Shown here: one piece after another, positions 41,301 through 50,511 of the stretch
Position numbering within the stretch: the stretch's first letter is position 1
Layout: every line of letters starts with the position of its first letter
NCBI GenBank assembly: GCA_045535075.1
Contig: JAZSKX010000017.1
Coordinates: 32,001-96,000, forward strand
Length of the DNA: 64,000 nt
Reading direction: 5' to 3'
Origin: Candidatus Spyradenecus sp.
GTDB lineage: Bacteria; Verrucomicrobiota; Verrucomicrobiia; Opitutales; UBA953
Position numbers and translations under genes: made by a program
Notes under the pieces: generated by a model
Seen by the model: the letters and a program-made list of their open reading frames with translations, nothing else
Told to the model about the DNA's origin: nothing
Database searches by the model: none

Positions 41301-42653
41301 GACGGATTCAATCGGTTGAGCAAGGGAGTCCACGCCCGCGACCGCGACCACCGCGTCGCTCGAAGTCCAAGCGTCCTTGTTTCCGCTCAAATTCGCATCG
41401 ACCGTCTTTGAAGTACGAATCGTTTCGTAAGCAATATTTTCCGCAACTTCGATGAATTTCGGCGCGTTGACCAACCCGAACCCGTAGTCGTTGGAGAATT
41501 CAAAACCGGCGGAATTAACCGTCCAAACCGTTCCCGCGGATTGTTCGCCGCGCATCGCTTCGAGAATGTCGCAAGAGCGCGCGAGCGCGTGTTTCGCCCA
41601 ACGCGCATCCATCGCCGGGTTGGCAGCGGCGGCAAGCGCAATGACACCAGAGACAATCGGAGTCGAGAAAGACGTTCCGGAGCTGTAAGTATAGTGCGTG
41701 CGATTGTCGGAATCGGAAGATGTATTGTCGTCTCCGGCTCGGAATCCGAATGATGTTCCGGTGTTGTTGTCGCCGCCCTTTTCATCGTCGCCGAGCATTG
41801 TCAATCCGTAACGGGAGGTTGAGAAAACGGATTCGCCCGGAGCCGTCACAAAAAGGTTCGCCCCGTAACAGGAAAAACCGCTGTAAAATCCGCCGCGGGA
41901 AGTCGATCCGACAACAATTCCGCCTTCATAATTGGCAACGGCATCTCCGTTGGCGTCTGCGGGCTGAAGGGCCGTGTTCAGGTTTGTTTTGCTACGAGAA
42001 TTCCCTGCCGCGATGACGTAAATCGTGTTGTTGCGCGTCGTTTTTTCGAGAGCGGCAACCATTTCGTCCGGATTTTTAAAAATGTAATACGGCGGATAGC
42101 CGAAAGAACAGTTTTTGATATGAATGGCGGCATCGCCTTCAACTGCTCCGTTTGCCGAATTAATGCCGGAACCCCAATAATACGCTTGGATAAGTTGCGC
42201 GTCGGAAAGATCCACGTGCAATCCTGCAAGTTGCGCCTTCGGAGCCGCGCCGATAATCCCGATATTGTTTTGCCCGACGGCAGCCGCCATCCCGGCAACG
42301 AAGGTGCCGTGAGTTTCCCCGTCATATTTTACGGTATCGTTCGGGTTTGCAGTATTGACAAAATCTTTACTCCACTCCGTGTTGTAATTTTCCGCTAAGT
42401 CCGGATGTTCCGGATCCACCCATTCGTCAATAATTCCGATAATAACACCCTCTCCCATGTATCCGGCCATCCACGCCGGAGAGATATTAATTCCGTTAAG
42501 AGAAGGATTCCACTGCCATTGAGAATTATAGAGCGGATCATAAAGAGCCCCGTCATAAGTTTCCTGAACCGATTGGGCGTTTATCGTAAGAGCGGAAAGC
42601 GCCGTCGCGCCGGCAAACAAAAGTGTTAAAGGTAAGCGGAGAGGGGAATTCAT
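38385..42653 (-). CDS. Autotransporter with kexin/furin-like S8 protease and P domain
   Basis: Catalytic triad IGIID / HGTFVAG / GTSFSTP, oxyanion AAGN, P-domain LVSPSGTRSVL, and a C-terminal beta barrel ending in F. ATG at 42653. Confidence 0.88.
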   Translation of the reverse strand: MNSPLRLPLTLLFAGATALSALTINAQSVQETYDGALYDPLYNSQWQWNPSLNGINISPAWMAGYMGEGVIIGIIDEWVDPEHPDLAENYNTEWSKDFVNTANPNDTVKYDGETHGTFVAGMAAAVGQNNIGIIGAAPKAQLAGLHVDLSDAQLIQAYYWGSGINSANGAVEGDAAIHIKNCSFGYPPYYIFKNPDEMVAALEKTTRNNTIYVIAAGNSRSKTNLNTALQPADANGDAVANYEGGIVVGSTSRGGFYSGFSCYGANLFVTAPGESVFSTSRYGLTMLGDDEKGGDNNTGTSFGFRAGDDNTSSDSDNRTHYTYSSGTSFSTPIVSGVIALAAAANPAMDARWAKHALARSCDILEAMRGEQSAGTVWTVNSAGFEFSNDYGFGLVNAPKFIEVAENIAYETIRTSKTVDANLSGNKDAWTSSDAVVAVAGVDSLAQPIESVEVTFTIDNINYFEDAQVALVSPSGTRSVLLDKASLSDNKEDNAYETVYNLVVNEKGTTALTWTYISNAFWGVTEAGDWTVEFVNKGTGTAIVSDVSLKFNTGAVVMESDNMQISDWREVHAVAIDRSSTNLSVVGNQAVLYVEDSVIVNNGVLNVSDGGKITSFDGVNWKGLKVLLSGGVINLNEYGTIEATRGIEIAGGKLNLNGGSISGGSLNIHGGVVEVNTANSQASRIDLSGNGVLTTNPNGTLRATVFNMSGGTFNMGGKNELAVDATGGQINVVAQATVQAANIGATETTAASLLVPANSTLYVGTDFDGIGVLTVKGFHKNAVIAEDGTETSPEVTTRSSAVINGRIRAGAMNVSYGAIQMDGAVFECGVTLQEKSSLVLKGTTQIEGLTGLSLTDSELFAGDGAVLKLTQSSLELLGGSFFQVGGGVGNGVTTVEAGVDLGVLCQDSRLGVVFGDSLAVNQNVEIRGNSVIELAFQNKLPRDTIEFIDLAEGKTVTVDDTVSVVIDSNAPLLWDGKEEIPLVYGINASGTIEAQLPDGAELVPVRLTYSQMTSEQKAIAQSLRTCLSDGENANVSSKLLEELNRFESLDGLLGAYDQLLPVNLITINSLNNKQAAAVTGALERRSRELRSGYPVADLWSVPLFNSYGFSFSANPNAVAANGMRQFAGYDLNDDRAMLWANGGYSFSDGDATSHTSKTETDMMNASIGFDYAVSDRLSVGIFATYSGGTTEMKATGSETDASMRSLGIYFAGSKNNKEGSLYYMGMASYGVGEYDFTRSTKIGDYSSKASASPDGSQAIGYLAAGWEWDAGSQALSYQWTTGPMVSLRYVYNSVDGYSEEGNGADALDVDDYSYDSLQTSVGWRTTVRFNVKETITFVPEARISWQHEFLDGDEDIDAALAIPGSTPFSTTMNKEGSDYVTAGLGVTVLLAESTTISLDYDLNFLREDSDPEHNINLMVRCRF

Positions 42654-42800
42654 AAAGATAAGATTTGGAAAATAAAAAGCAAGGGGCGAGACAATACTCG
42701 CATTCTTGGCGTAGATGAAACTCCTTTCTTGTTGTTCCCGCAAGGAAAAACACGCAAAAGAGCGCGGAAAACAGGAGTCCCGAACCCGGAGAATCGACAC

Positions 42801-42832
42801 AAAAAAACGTTCCCGCCGATTTGACGGGAACG
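42801..42832 (-). terminator. Terminator after HPr built from an inverted CGTTCCCG pair
   Basis: A7-CGTTCCCG-N9-CGGGAACG. Confidence 0.7.
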
Positions 42833-42848
42833 CTCGGAAGAAAAGAAA

Positions 42849-43148
42849 TTAAACTTCGTCAAAACGCCGCTCGAAAAGCCCGGTAAGCTCATCCAAAAGA
42901 TGCTGAGCCATCGTCGTGTCCGCCCCGGATGCGAAAAATTCCAATTTCGATCCGTTGCCCGCCGCGAGCATCATCAAGCCCATAATACTTTTACCGTTAA
43001 CCCGTTCGTCGTCTTTGGCGACTTCGAGTTCCACGCCGGGATATTTATTGGCGATTCGAACAATCATCGCCGCCGGACGCGCATGGATTCCCATCTTGTT
43101 TTGTACAACAAGTTCACGTGTAAGTATGTCTTGAGAGTCTTCTGGCAT
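42849..43148 (-). CDS. ptsH: Phosphocarrier protein HPr
   Basis: GIHARPAA (His15 motif) and KSIMGLMML (Ser46 motif); ATG at 43148. Confidence 0.92.
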   Translation of the reverse strand: MPEDSQDILTRELVVQNKMGIHARPAAMIVRIANKYPGVELEVAKDDERVNGKSIMGLMMLAAGNGSKLEFFASGADTTMAQHLLDELTGLFERRFDEV

Positions 43149-43199
43149 AGATTTGAAAAGGGATATTTGAACATTGACGGCAAATCCCGTCAATCCTAC

Positions 43200-43241
43200 A
43201 AAAAAAATGCGTTCCCGCAAACCGAAGCCTACGGGAACGCA
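43200..43241 (-). terminator. Terminator after the autotransporter, built from an inverted GCGTTCCCG pair
   Basis: A8-TGCGTTCCCG-N14-CGGGAACGCA. Confidence 0.7.
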
Positions 43242-43250
43242 AAAGACCGC

Positions 43251-46200
43251 TTAGAAGCGATAGCGGAAGCCGAGATTTGCGCGATGAGCGACTTCGGATT
43301 CCGTTCCGACTCGGAACTCGTAATTGAGATAGAGCGACGTTTTGGCATCCAAGTCAAACGAAACACTCGGAGCAACGGAAAGCGAAGTTCCGGAAAGCGC
43401 ACGAGCATCCGTCGTAAACGTGGAGTTGGCGAGGGACGATTCGATTTCCACCTCATCATCAAGGAATTCATGAATGAGGGAAAGATCCAACCCGACACGC
43501 GTCGCATGACCTCCGAGTTCAAACACGCAGTTCAATGCGGCACCGAGGCGCGCTTGGAGACTGAGAGCGTCAAACGAATCCGTTGCCAATGCCGTTCCGG
43601 AATCAATTGCGGAAGAAGAGTTTTCTTCAAACTTATCAACGCGATAATAGGAAAGCGCCAATCCGGCGTGCGGGAAGAAATCGAGATGTGCGGTTTCGCC
43701 CCATTCCGCAACCGTGCAGGCTCCGACGAAATCAGCGAAGATCCCGCCGTGCCATCCGTCCGTATCTCCGTCGTTTTTCCCGTAGAGCGTGCGGCGTTCC
43801 ACATCATAACTTGCGTATCCGATTTGTACGCCCGTGTTCAACGAAAGATAATCGTTAATCAGATGGCCGGCAAAGAACGTTGCACGAATATCGTCAGACT
43901 CGATTTCGCCGCCGTTCCCGTGAATATCCGCCTTCCCGTGATCATACGCAACGGCAAACCCGGCAGTTGTCTCCTTGTTAAACTTGATGTCCGCTCCCGC
44001 AAGCGCCCCGTAAGTGTTGTAGTCGTAGACCATGGAATCGGAATCGCTCCCGCCGTCTACGGTAGAACCTTGCGCTTGAGCAAAAAATTCCACATCGCGC
44101 TCATAAACCCAAACTGCGCTGTTGGAATCATAAAGACGTTGTTCGAGACGACCCGAAACGGCACGAATGTCCGACGTGAATCCGGCATGCGGCATCGACA
44201 CCATCGATGCATAGGCAAGCGGCGAAAGGTTCGCAATCGCGTCGCCCAATTGTGAAAGGGAAGTTTTATTCAGAGCATCGGCGATTGCCGCTTCTTCCGA
44301 CGTCAGTGTTGATTTCAGATAACCGTTTTCCGGAGTCGCCCAGTCGTTAAGAATGCCGACCAGCTCATCAAGACCGTCGTGCAAATCGGCTCCCGTTTTA
44401 CGGAAGTCAGACTGCGCAACATAGACCTTAAGGTTTCCGTCCGCCAAGCCGGCTTCGTCAATGTAAAGCGGCTCGCCGGAAGACGTAAGGCTGAAGCTGT
44501 TTTTGTCGATTGCGGTCGCCGTTCCCGTGCCCACGTATTCGAAAACGGACAAGGCTTTCCCGCGTTCGTTTTGGCTCATCGCAACATCGAGAGTAACCTG
44601 CCCGCGAACCGCGACATTGCCGGAATAACGGAGTGCTTCCCCCGCAGAAATATCAAGCTTGTAGGTGGAACCGTCTTCGAAATCGACGCTCGCGTTTTCT
44701 GCGGTCAGGACGATCCCGCCGCTGAGGACGGCGCCGTCTTTAACCAAAATTCCGGAGCTCGCCAGCTTCGTTCCCGAAGCGAACGCAAGCGTCCCTTGAG
44801 AAACAACGGTTTTTCCGGTGTAGCTTTGCGTTGCCGAATCAAGAAGCAAAGCACCGCTTCCGGTCTTTTCGAGATTTCCCGCACCGCCGATATCCTTCGA
44901 ATAACGCGCATAAGTGTAGGCGCCCGAATCCGCCGCCAACGTTAGCGTTCCTCCGGCGTTAGTCGCCAAGGCGATTCCTTTATTCGAGAAATCGTAAACC
45001 CCTCGCGAAGAAGTCGCCTTCGTCAAAATCGATCCGATCCAATCGTTGCCGACAAGATTTAAGGTCAGCCCCGCACCGTTGCGATTCGCAAGCGTCACAA
45101 GGACATCATCTGCAATTTGGATATTCGGGAAGAGGGAACCAAACGCGGTTTCCGACAAATCAATCATTCCTTCGAGAGCAATTCCGACCTCGGAAACGCC
45201 GTCCGCAACAGAAATCTTTCCGCCGTAAACCTGTCCGGCGACATCTCCGACAAGTCCGAGCGCACTTCCGTTGGTCGCAAGCGTAATATCGGCAGTATTT
45301 GCCAGCCCGACACTCAACGCGCCGGATTCGGAACCCGCGCCGACCCGGAATGTCGTTCCCGTAGCAAGCGTCGCATCCTTCGTTCCGTCAGAAAGAGCAA
45401 GTTCGCCGCTTCCCGCAACCGTAATTACGGCATTTTCCGCCGTATCAAGGGTTCCCGTGAAAACAACGTTGCGGTTCGGAGCAAGCGAAATCGTCGTTGC
45501 CGATGCGTCAAACGCAAGCGTTCCCGTTCCGGAAACACCGCCGATTGCGTTAATTCCCGCGCCCAAGCTGAGCTTCGAAGCCGTTCCGAGATCAAAAGTT
45601 CCGGTAAATCCGGCAATCGAAGCTCCGGAAGAAACCGTCGTAGCACCTCCGCCCAAGGCAAGCGTTCCCGCACCGGAGAGCCCGTTTTTAACCGTCGCCA
45701 AATCGAGTCCGTTCTTTGCCGGATCCACTTCAAACGTCGCTCCCGCCGCAATCGTAATTGAGTCGGGCGTATTGTTGCTGAGATTAACTCCGTTAACCGA
45801 AAGAGTTCCGGATTCAACGGAAAGCGCAACGCCGTTAAAATCAACCTCTTTCCCGAGGATTGCAACACCGACGCCTTTCTTAATCAAATCCGTTCCCGCA
45901 GCAGCCGAAAGCTCGAAATTCAACAATTTTTCGAGAGCAACACCGTTTTCGTCAGCTCCGATATCAAGAATCAAATCGCCTTCTTTAAGCGCAACAACGC
46001 CTTCGAAATCGACATCCGAAAGAGTCAACGCTCCGGAGCCGATCTTTTCGATTGTTCCCGTTCCCGTGATTGCTCCCGCGAACGCGCTGTCGCCGGCACC
46101 GGAAACCGTCAATGTCCCGTCCACGTCAAAAACCGTTCCCGCAGACATTGTAACCTGCTTGAACTGATAATTTGCGCCGGCGGCAATCGAAACCGTTCCC

Positions 46201-49200
46201 GCTTCAACAAGGAAAGAATCCACGTTCCAGTCCCCGTTCGTACGAGTAAGCGACAAGGTTCCGGCTCCGCTTTTCACAAAGCTTGCCTTTGCATCGGCAG
46301 TCGCGGAGAGAATGTTTCCGCCAAATGCGGTCTCGGTATTCTCTGCAATATCGAACCGGAGCACCGCCCCGTCGCCGAGAATCGTTTCCACGGATTCACT
46401 GCCGCCGCGGAAATCGCAATTTTCGTTAAACCGCAATTCCATTTCCCCGGCTTCCACGACAAATGCATATTCATTTTCGTAGTGAGCCAATGCCTCGCCT
46501 TGAGTAAAGATAAGCTTCCCTTCGCCGGATTTAACCAAGCGCGAAGCCGTTCCCGCAAGCGGAGCGCCACCGGAAATCTTCCCGTTGAACGTCAGCTCTT
46601 TTTCCGCACCGACGTCCAGCGTAAATGCCGTTCCTTCGTTCAAATAAACGTTAACGCTTTCGGCAAAAGCCTTACGTTCTCCGGCGTTGACCACCAAAGA
46701 TCCTTTCCCGACTACAATTTCGCCGGTGAAATCCGCTCCCGCGGCTTGTCCCAAAGCAGAGCCGATAACCAATGTCCCTTCGCCGTCCTTGAGAATCGTT
46801 CCCGCGCCGGAAATAACGCCGTCGCCTGCGATTTCAAAAACACACGGTTCCGTTCCTTCCGAAACGACGGTAAACAGCGCTCCCGCGTTGACATAAACGC
46901 CGGAGGTACGGCGAATCGCATCCCAATCGACACGCAATTCTCCGCCCTGAACAAGCGTTGCTCCGGTATAATCGCTCTTTCCGGTAAGGCGCAAGGTTTC
47001 GCTTCCGATCTTTTTCAAGACCACACCGTCGCCGGTAATCGTTCCCGCGAAGGCAGGCAATTCCCCGTCGGCATAGCGAACGCCGATAATCTTTTCGAAT
47101 TCCGCGTACTTCGCGTCATCCGTGGCGGCTTTGCGAATTGCTTCGACGTTGAAGCCGTACAAGCCGCTAAGGATATTAACGTTTTCCGTCGTAAGGCGGA
47201 ATTTATAATCGTCGACAAAAAGAGAGATAAATCCGTAAAGCGTCTGAGACTGGGTTACCTGTTCCGCCGTCAGACCGTTCCCGTAAGTAGAGAGATATTT
47301 GATGACGTTCGCATCCAAGAGGTTCCGATAACTTGCACGCGTCAGCGTCACGGCACCGGTTTTCGCTTCGTAAGCGAAGAGCGTCGCCGGATTCGCCTCG
47401 TAGCGTTCCGCGTAAGTAAGCAAATCGTTGAGTTCCCGTGCGGTCCAGCCGGTCGGGTTTGAGGCGACAAAGCTACGAATCGTCTTGAGGTCGAGAATCT
47501 GATTGAACGCACGATCCAAGCGGGTTTCGTTGATTCCGAAGCCGCTCCAAACGGACGAATTCAGCATGGCGCCGAACGTTCCCGAGTCAATTGTCGCATA
47601 AATATGCGAAAACGTATTCGCCAACTTCGCCGGATCTTTGAGATAGTTAATTGTATCTTGAGCGGTAATCGTGTCACGCGAAGCAACTCCGGAAGCGTCT
47701 TCCCGCATGTAATCCGGACGAAGCGCGCCGAGCGAAGCAATCGTCTCTGCCGCCTCCGAACCGGCAAATCCGCCGACTGAACTCAAGTCCAAACCGAAAC
47801 TTCCAAGGTAGGAATCCGCATCCGCCGTAGCAAAGAAGTAGCCGTCGTTGGCAATTTTCTTCGCCCCGGAATCGTAATATTCACGAATTCCGTTAACGGT
47901 TTTCGCCAACGCTTCGTCCGTCAATCCGATTGTCAGCGTTGAGCCGCCGGAGAGGGCGACCGTCGAATTTTCGGATCCGATGAGCGCCGCAAGGTGTTGG
48001 CTTTTTTCGGAAGAAAGGCGTCCGGAGTTTGCTAAAACCGTTCCCGAAGATGACAAAAGTGCACCTTCGTCGCCGAGTCCGATCGCTCCCGAGAGTCCGA
48101 TTGTCGCCAATGAATGCGAAGACGACTTGAGCGACAATCCGCGCGTTCCGGCTTTAACTAAACTTCCGGTTCCGGAAATCGTTCCCGCGAATTCACCCGC
48201 TCCCGTCAAAACGGCTACCGCATCGTAATGAGAATTGTCAGAGAAGACAAGAGACGTACTCGCGTCGCCGACGAGTGTCGGGAGAATCTGGTACGACTGC
48301 ACCGTAATACGTGCATTTTCTTCCAATGTAATTGACGACGCGTTTGAGAATACGCTTGCCAACTCATCGTCTCCGAATTTCCCGAGTGTCAGCGTCATGC
48401 CGTCAGCAACGGTAACAACGCCGTAAAAATCTTCTTGAGCCGCTGCGACTTGAATGTTCCCGCGATACGGATTGATATCGTCATACGATTCCGCGCGGTA
48501 ATACCATGTTGTCGAATTAACGAGAAACTCGCGCCCGTCGTTGATGAGACCTCCGTGTTTAACGCCGTTTTCGTCGACATATGAAGAGTCATATGTGAAA
48601 AGCAAAGTCGAAAGTCCGGCGCCTTCCAAGCGCGCATTCAAGGATTCTGTACGGTTGGAAATCACCCGCAGCGTTCCTTCGTTTCCGACATAGATTCTTC
48701 CGGCTCCGAGCGAGCCGACATCCGCAAGCCATGCGCCTTCGTAGATGAAGAGACGATTGATGACTGCGTCCACTTCACCTTCATAGATGGCAGTTGTATT
48801 TGCAAATGTTCCCTTCCCGGTTTTGATAATGTAGCCGTCATTGGCTTCGGCATTTTTTACATCCGTCGAATCCGTTGTAAAAAAGCGGCCGCAGAAAAAT
48901 CCGTCGCGATCCTCCTGCTGATTGATAATCATCGTTGCTCCGCTACGGACAAAAACCGATGTTTCGTATGCAGTCTCAACGACATTGCCTCCCGGAGTAA
49001 AATACGGAGTCAGTTCATAGAAACCTTCGCCGCCTTCCAAATATTCGTTGTGAAGCGTTTCGCGCTCAAAGAAAAGCGACTGCACATTGTTCAACACTTG
49101 TGTGCCGTAAATTGAAACCGCCGTCGCACTATGTCTCCCGACATCGACGTAGCGACCGCGGGTTTCCCAAACGGCACCGTCAACTTGACCGAACTCGGCA

Positions 49201-50486
49201 ATTTCAGCGAAATACGCCGAAAATTGAACCGCCGTTGCCGTCTCCAAAACATTGTCTACGACATTTTTCCCCGTAGAATCCGAGCCGATATTCGTATCCG
49301 TCAGCAAGAATACGTCAGCCAAGACTCCGGAGACAAGCATCTCGCCTTCGTCCGTTGTCTGGCGAACATTCCCCGTCAGATCGTAAGACGCGGCAAGATT
49401 GTGGACATAATTAAGAACAGAAGCTTCACTGCTCGGATTTAAATCGAGCGACGGCACGGAAGATGCGTTTTCGGAGAGCGTCGCAAATTCGGCACGATTC
49501 GTAATAGAAACAATCCGATTTCCCGCAGGCACTCCCGCTTGGGTCGGCGCACCTACGAAATAGACACGTCCCGTTCCCGCGAGCTTTCCGATCTTGGATT
49601 CACCGTCCCACCCGAAGTCGCGCCCGGTCGCAGCGTCGGTTGTCGCGATTATGATACGGGAAGACGATGCGCGATCGCCGCCCAACTCAATTGTGGTATT
49701 AATATCCGCCTTGACGTTCTGAAGGAAATTCAATGCGCGAACTCCGACCGCTTCCTCCGTCGGTCCGGTGTTCCCGTCGCCCAAATCAAAGCCTTTTGAA
49801 AGCAGATTTTTCTCGGCGGAGGCGAAAGAAACAACGGAAGTATCCTTCAAAACCAAATTGGAAATCCCGACATAGCCCAATTCGTCTGCAACCGGCCAAT
49901 CTGCGCCCGAAATTGCAAATTCAGCACGCGGTCTCCCGTAGGCAACGTACTGAGAAAGGTAACCCGACGCGATCAGCGTCGTTCCGCCGGAAACCGTCAA
50001 CTGTCCGGAAAATGCAGTATTTCTGACATCAACGTTCCCGCGATTATCAATTCCGACGAGCGAATGAGTGTAAGCCTGTTCGTAAACACCGCGTGCCTCA
50101 CCGTTCGTCGTCAGATACGTTCCCGAGTAATAATTGATATCCTTAAATCCCTGGTACTCCAAGGTTCCGCCGCCGGTAACCTCAATCTTTCCGCCGGTCC
50201 CGCCGATATCATAGTATCCCGTCCGGAAGTAATCAGCGCCCAAGGTTCGGGGAACGCCGCCTTCGGAGGCACTGGAAGAAGAACCGTAGAAATGTCCTTT
50301 TACCGCATGCGACTCGGAAATTTCCAGGGTGAGCGTTCCGTTCTCCGTAACGTAGTAGTCTTCCGTCAATTGCTTATCGACGGAAACCTTCATATTGCGA
50401 TCAACATTGATTGTCGCTGCGGAGGCGAGACAAGCACCGCCGAGGAAAATCGCCGCAGAGAGGAAAAGGTTTTTGGAAAATTTCAT
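43251..50486 (-). CDS. Large autotransporter (2411 aa) with passenger-associated beta-strand repeats
   Basis: Signal peptide, repeated L.K.G.GTL.L motifs, and a C-terminal barrel ending GFRYRF. Confidence 0.9.
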   Translation of the reverse strand: MKFSKNLFLSAAIFLGGACLASAATINVDRNMKVSVDKQLTEDYYVTENGTLTLEISESHAVKGHFYGSSSSASEGGVPRTLGADYFRTGYYDIGGTGGKIEVTGGGTLEYQGFKDINYYSGTYLTTNGEARGVYEQAYTHSLVGIDNRGNVDVRNTAFSGQLTVSGGTTLIASGYLSQYVAYGRPRAEFAISGADWPVADELGYVGISNLVLKDTSVVSFASAEKNLLSKGFDLGDGNTGPTEEAVGVRALNFLQNVKADINTTIELGGDRASSSRIIIATTDAATGRDFGWDGESKIGKLAGTGRVYFVGAPTQAGVPAGNRIVSITNRAEFATLSENASSVPSLDLNPSSEASVLNYVHNLAASYDLTGNVRQTTDEGEMLVSGVLADVFLLTDTNIGSDSTGKNVVDNVLETATAVQFSAYFAEIAEFGQVDGAVWETRGRYVDVGRHSATAVSIYGTQVLNNVQSLFFERETLHNEYLEGGEGFYELTPYFTPGGNVVETAYETSVFVRSGATMIINQQEDRDGFFCGRFFTTDSTDVKNAEANDGYIIKTGKGTFANTTAIYEGEVDAVINRLFIYEGAWLADVGSLGAGRIYVGNEGTLRVISNRTESLNARLEGAGLSTLLFTYDSSYVDENGVKHGGLINDGREFLVNSTTWYYRAESYDDINPYRGNIQVAAAQEDFYGVVTVADGMTLTLGKFGDDELASVFSNASSITLEENARITVQSYQILPTLVGDASTSLVFSDNSHYDAVAVLTGAGEFAGTISGTGSLVKAGTRGLSLKSSSHSLATIGLSGAIGLGDEGALLSSSGTVLANSGRLSSEKSQHLAALIGSENSTVALSGGSTLTIGLTDEALAKTVNGIREYYDSGAKKIANDGYFFATADADSYLGSFGLDLSSVGGFAGSEAAETIASLGALRPDYMREDASGVASRDTITAQDTINYLKDPAKLANTFSHIYATIDSGTFGAMLNSSVWSGFGINETRLDRAFNQILDLKTIRSFVASNPTGWTARELNDLLTYAERYEANPATLFAYEAKTGAVTLTRASYRNLLDANVIKYLSTYGNGLTAEQVTQSQTLYGFISLFVDDYKFRLTTENVNILSGLYGFNVEAIRKAATDDAKYAEFEKIIGVRYADGELPAFAGTITGDGVVLKKIGSETLRLTGKSDYTGATLVQGGELRVDWDAIRRTSGVYVNAGALFTVVSEGTEPCVFEIAGDGVISGAGTILKDGEGTLVIGSALGQAAGADFTGEIVVGKGSLVVNAGERKAFAESVNVYLNEGTAFTLDVGAEKELTFNGKISGGAPLAGTASRLVKSGEGKLIFTQGEALAHYENEYAFVVEAGEMELRFNENCDFRGGSESVETILGDGAVLRFDIAENTETAFGGNILSATADAKASFVKSGAGTLSLTRTNGDWNVDSFLVEAGTVSIAAGANYQFKQVTMSAGTVFDVDGTLTVSGAGDSAFAGAITGTGTIEKIGSGALTLSDVDFEGVVALKEGDLILDIGADENGVALEKLLNFELSAAAGTDLIKKGVGVAILGKEVDFNGVALSVESGTLSVNGVNLSNNTPDSITIAAGATFEVDPAKNGLDLATVKNGLSGAGTLALGGGATTVSSGASIAGFTGTFDLGTASKLSLGAGINAIGGVSGTGTLAFDASATTISLAPNRNVVFTGTLDTAENAVITVAGSGELALSDGTKDATLATGTTFRVGAGSESGALSVGLANTADITLATNGSALGLVGDVAGQVYGGKISVADGVSEVGIALEGMIDLSETAFGSLFPNIQIADDVLVTLANRNGAGLTLNLVGNDWIGSILTKATSSRGVYDFSNKGIALATNAGGTLTLAADSGAYTYARYSKDIGGAGNLEKTGSGALLLDSATQSYTGKTVVSQGTLAFASGTKLASSGILVKDGAVLSGGIVLTAENASVDFEDGSTYKLDISAGEALRYSGNVAVRGQVTLDVAMSQNERGKALSVFEYVGTGTATAIDKNSFSLTSSGEPLYIDEAGLADGNLKVYVAQSDFRKTGADLHDGLDELVGILNDWATPENGYLKSTLTSEEAAIADALNKTSLSQLGDAIANLSPLAYASMVSMPHAGFTSDIRAVSGRLEQRLYDSNSAVWVYERDVEFFAQAQGSTVDGGSDSDSMVYDYNTYGALAGADIKFNKETTAGFAVAYDHGKADIHGNGGEIESDDIRATFFAGHLINDYLSLNTGVQIGYASYDVERRTLYGKNDGDTDGWHGGIFADFVGACTVAEWGETAHLDFFPHAGLALSYYRVDKFEENSSSAIDSGTALATDSFDALSLQARLGAALNCVFELGGHATRVGLDLSLIHEFLDDEVEIESSLANSTFTTDARALSGTSLSVAPSVSFDLDAKTSLYLNYEFRVGTESEVAHRANLGFRYRF

Positions 50487-50511
50487 AGAATTAAGTCTTT
50501 CCTAAAGAAGA

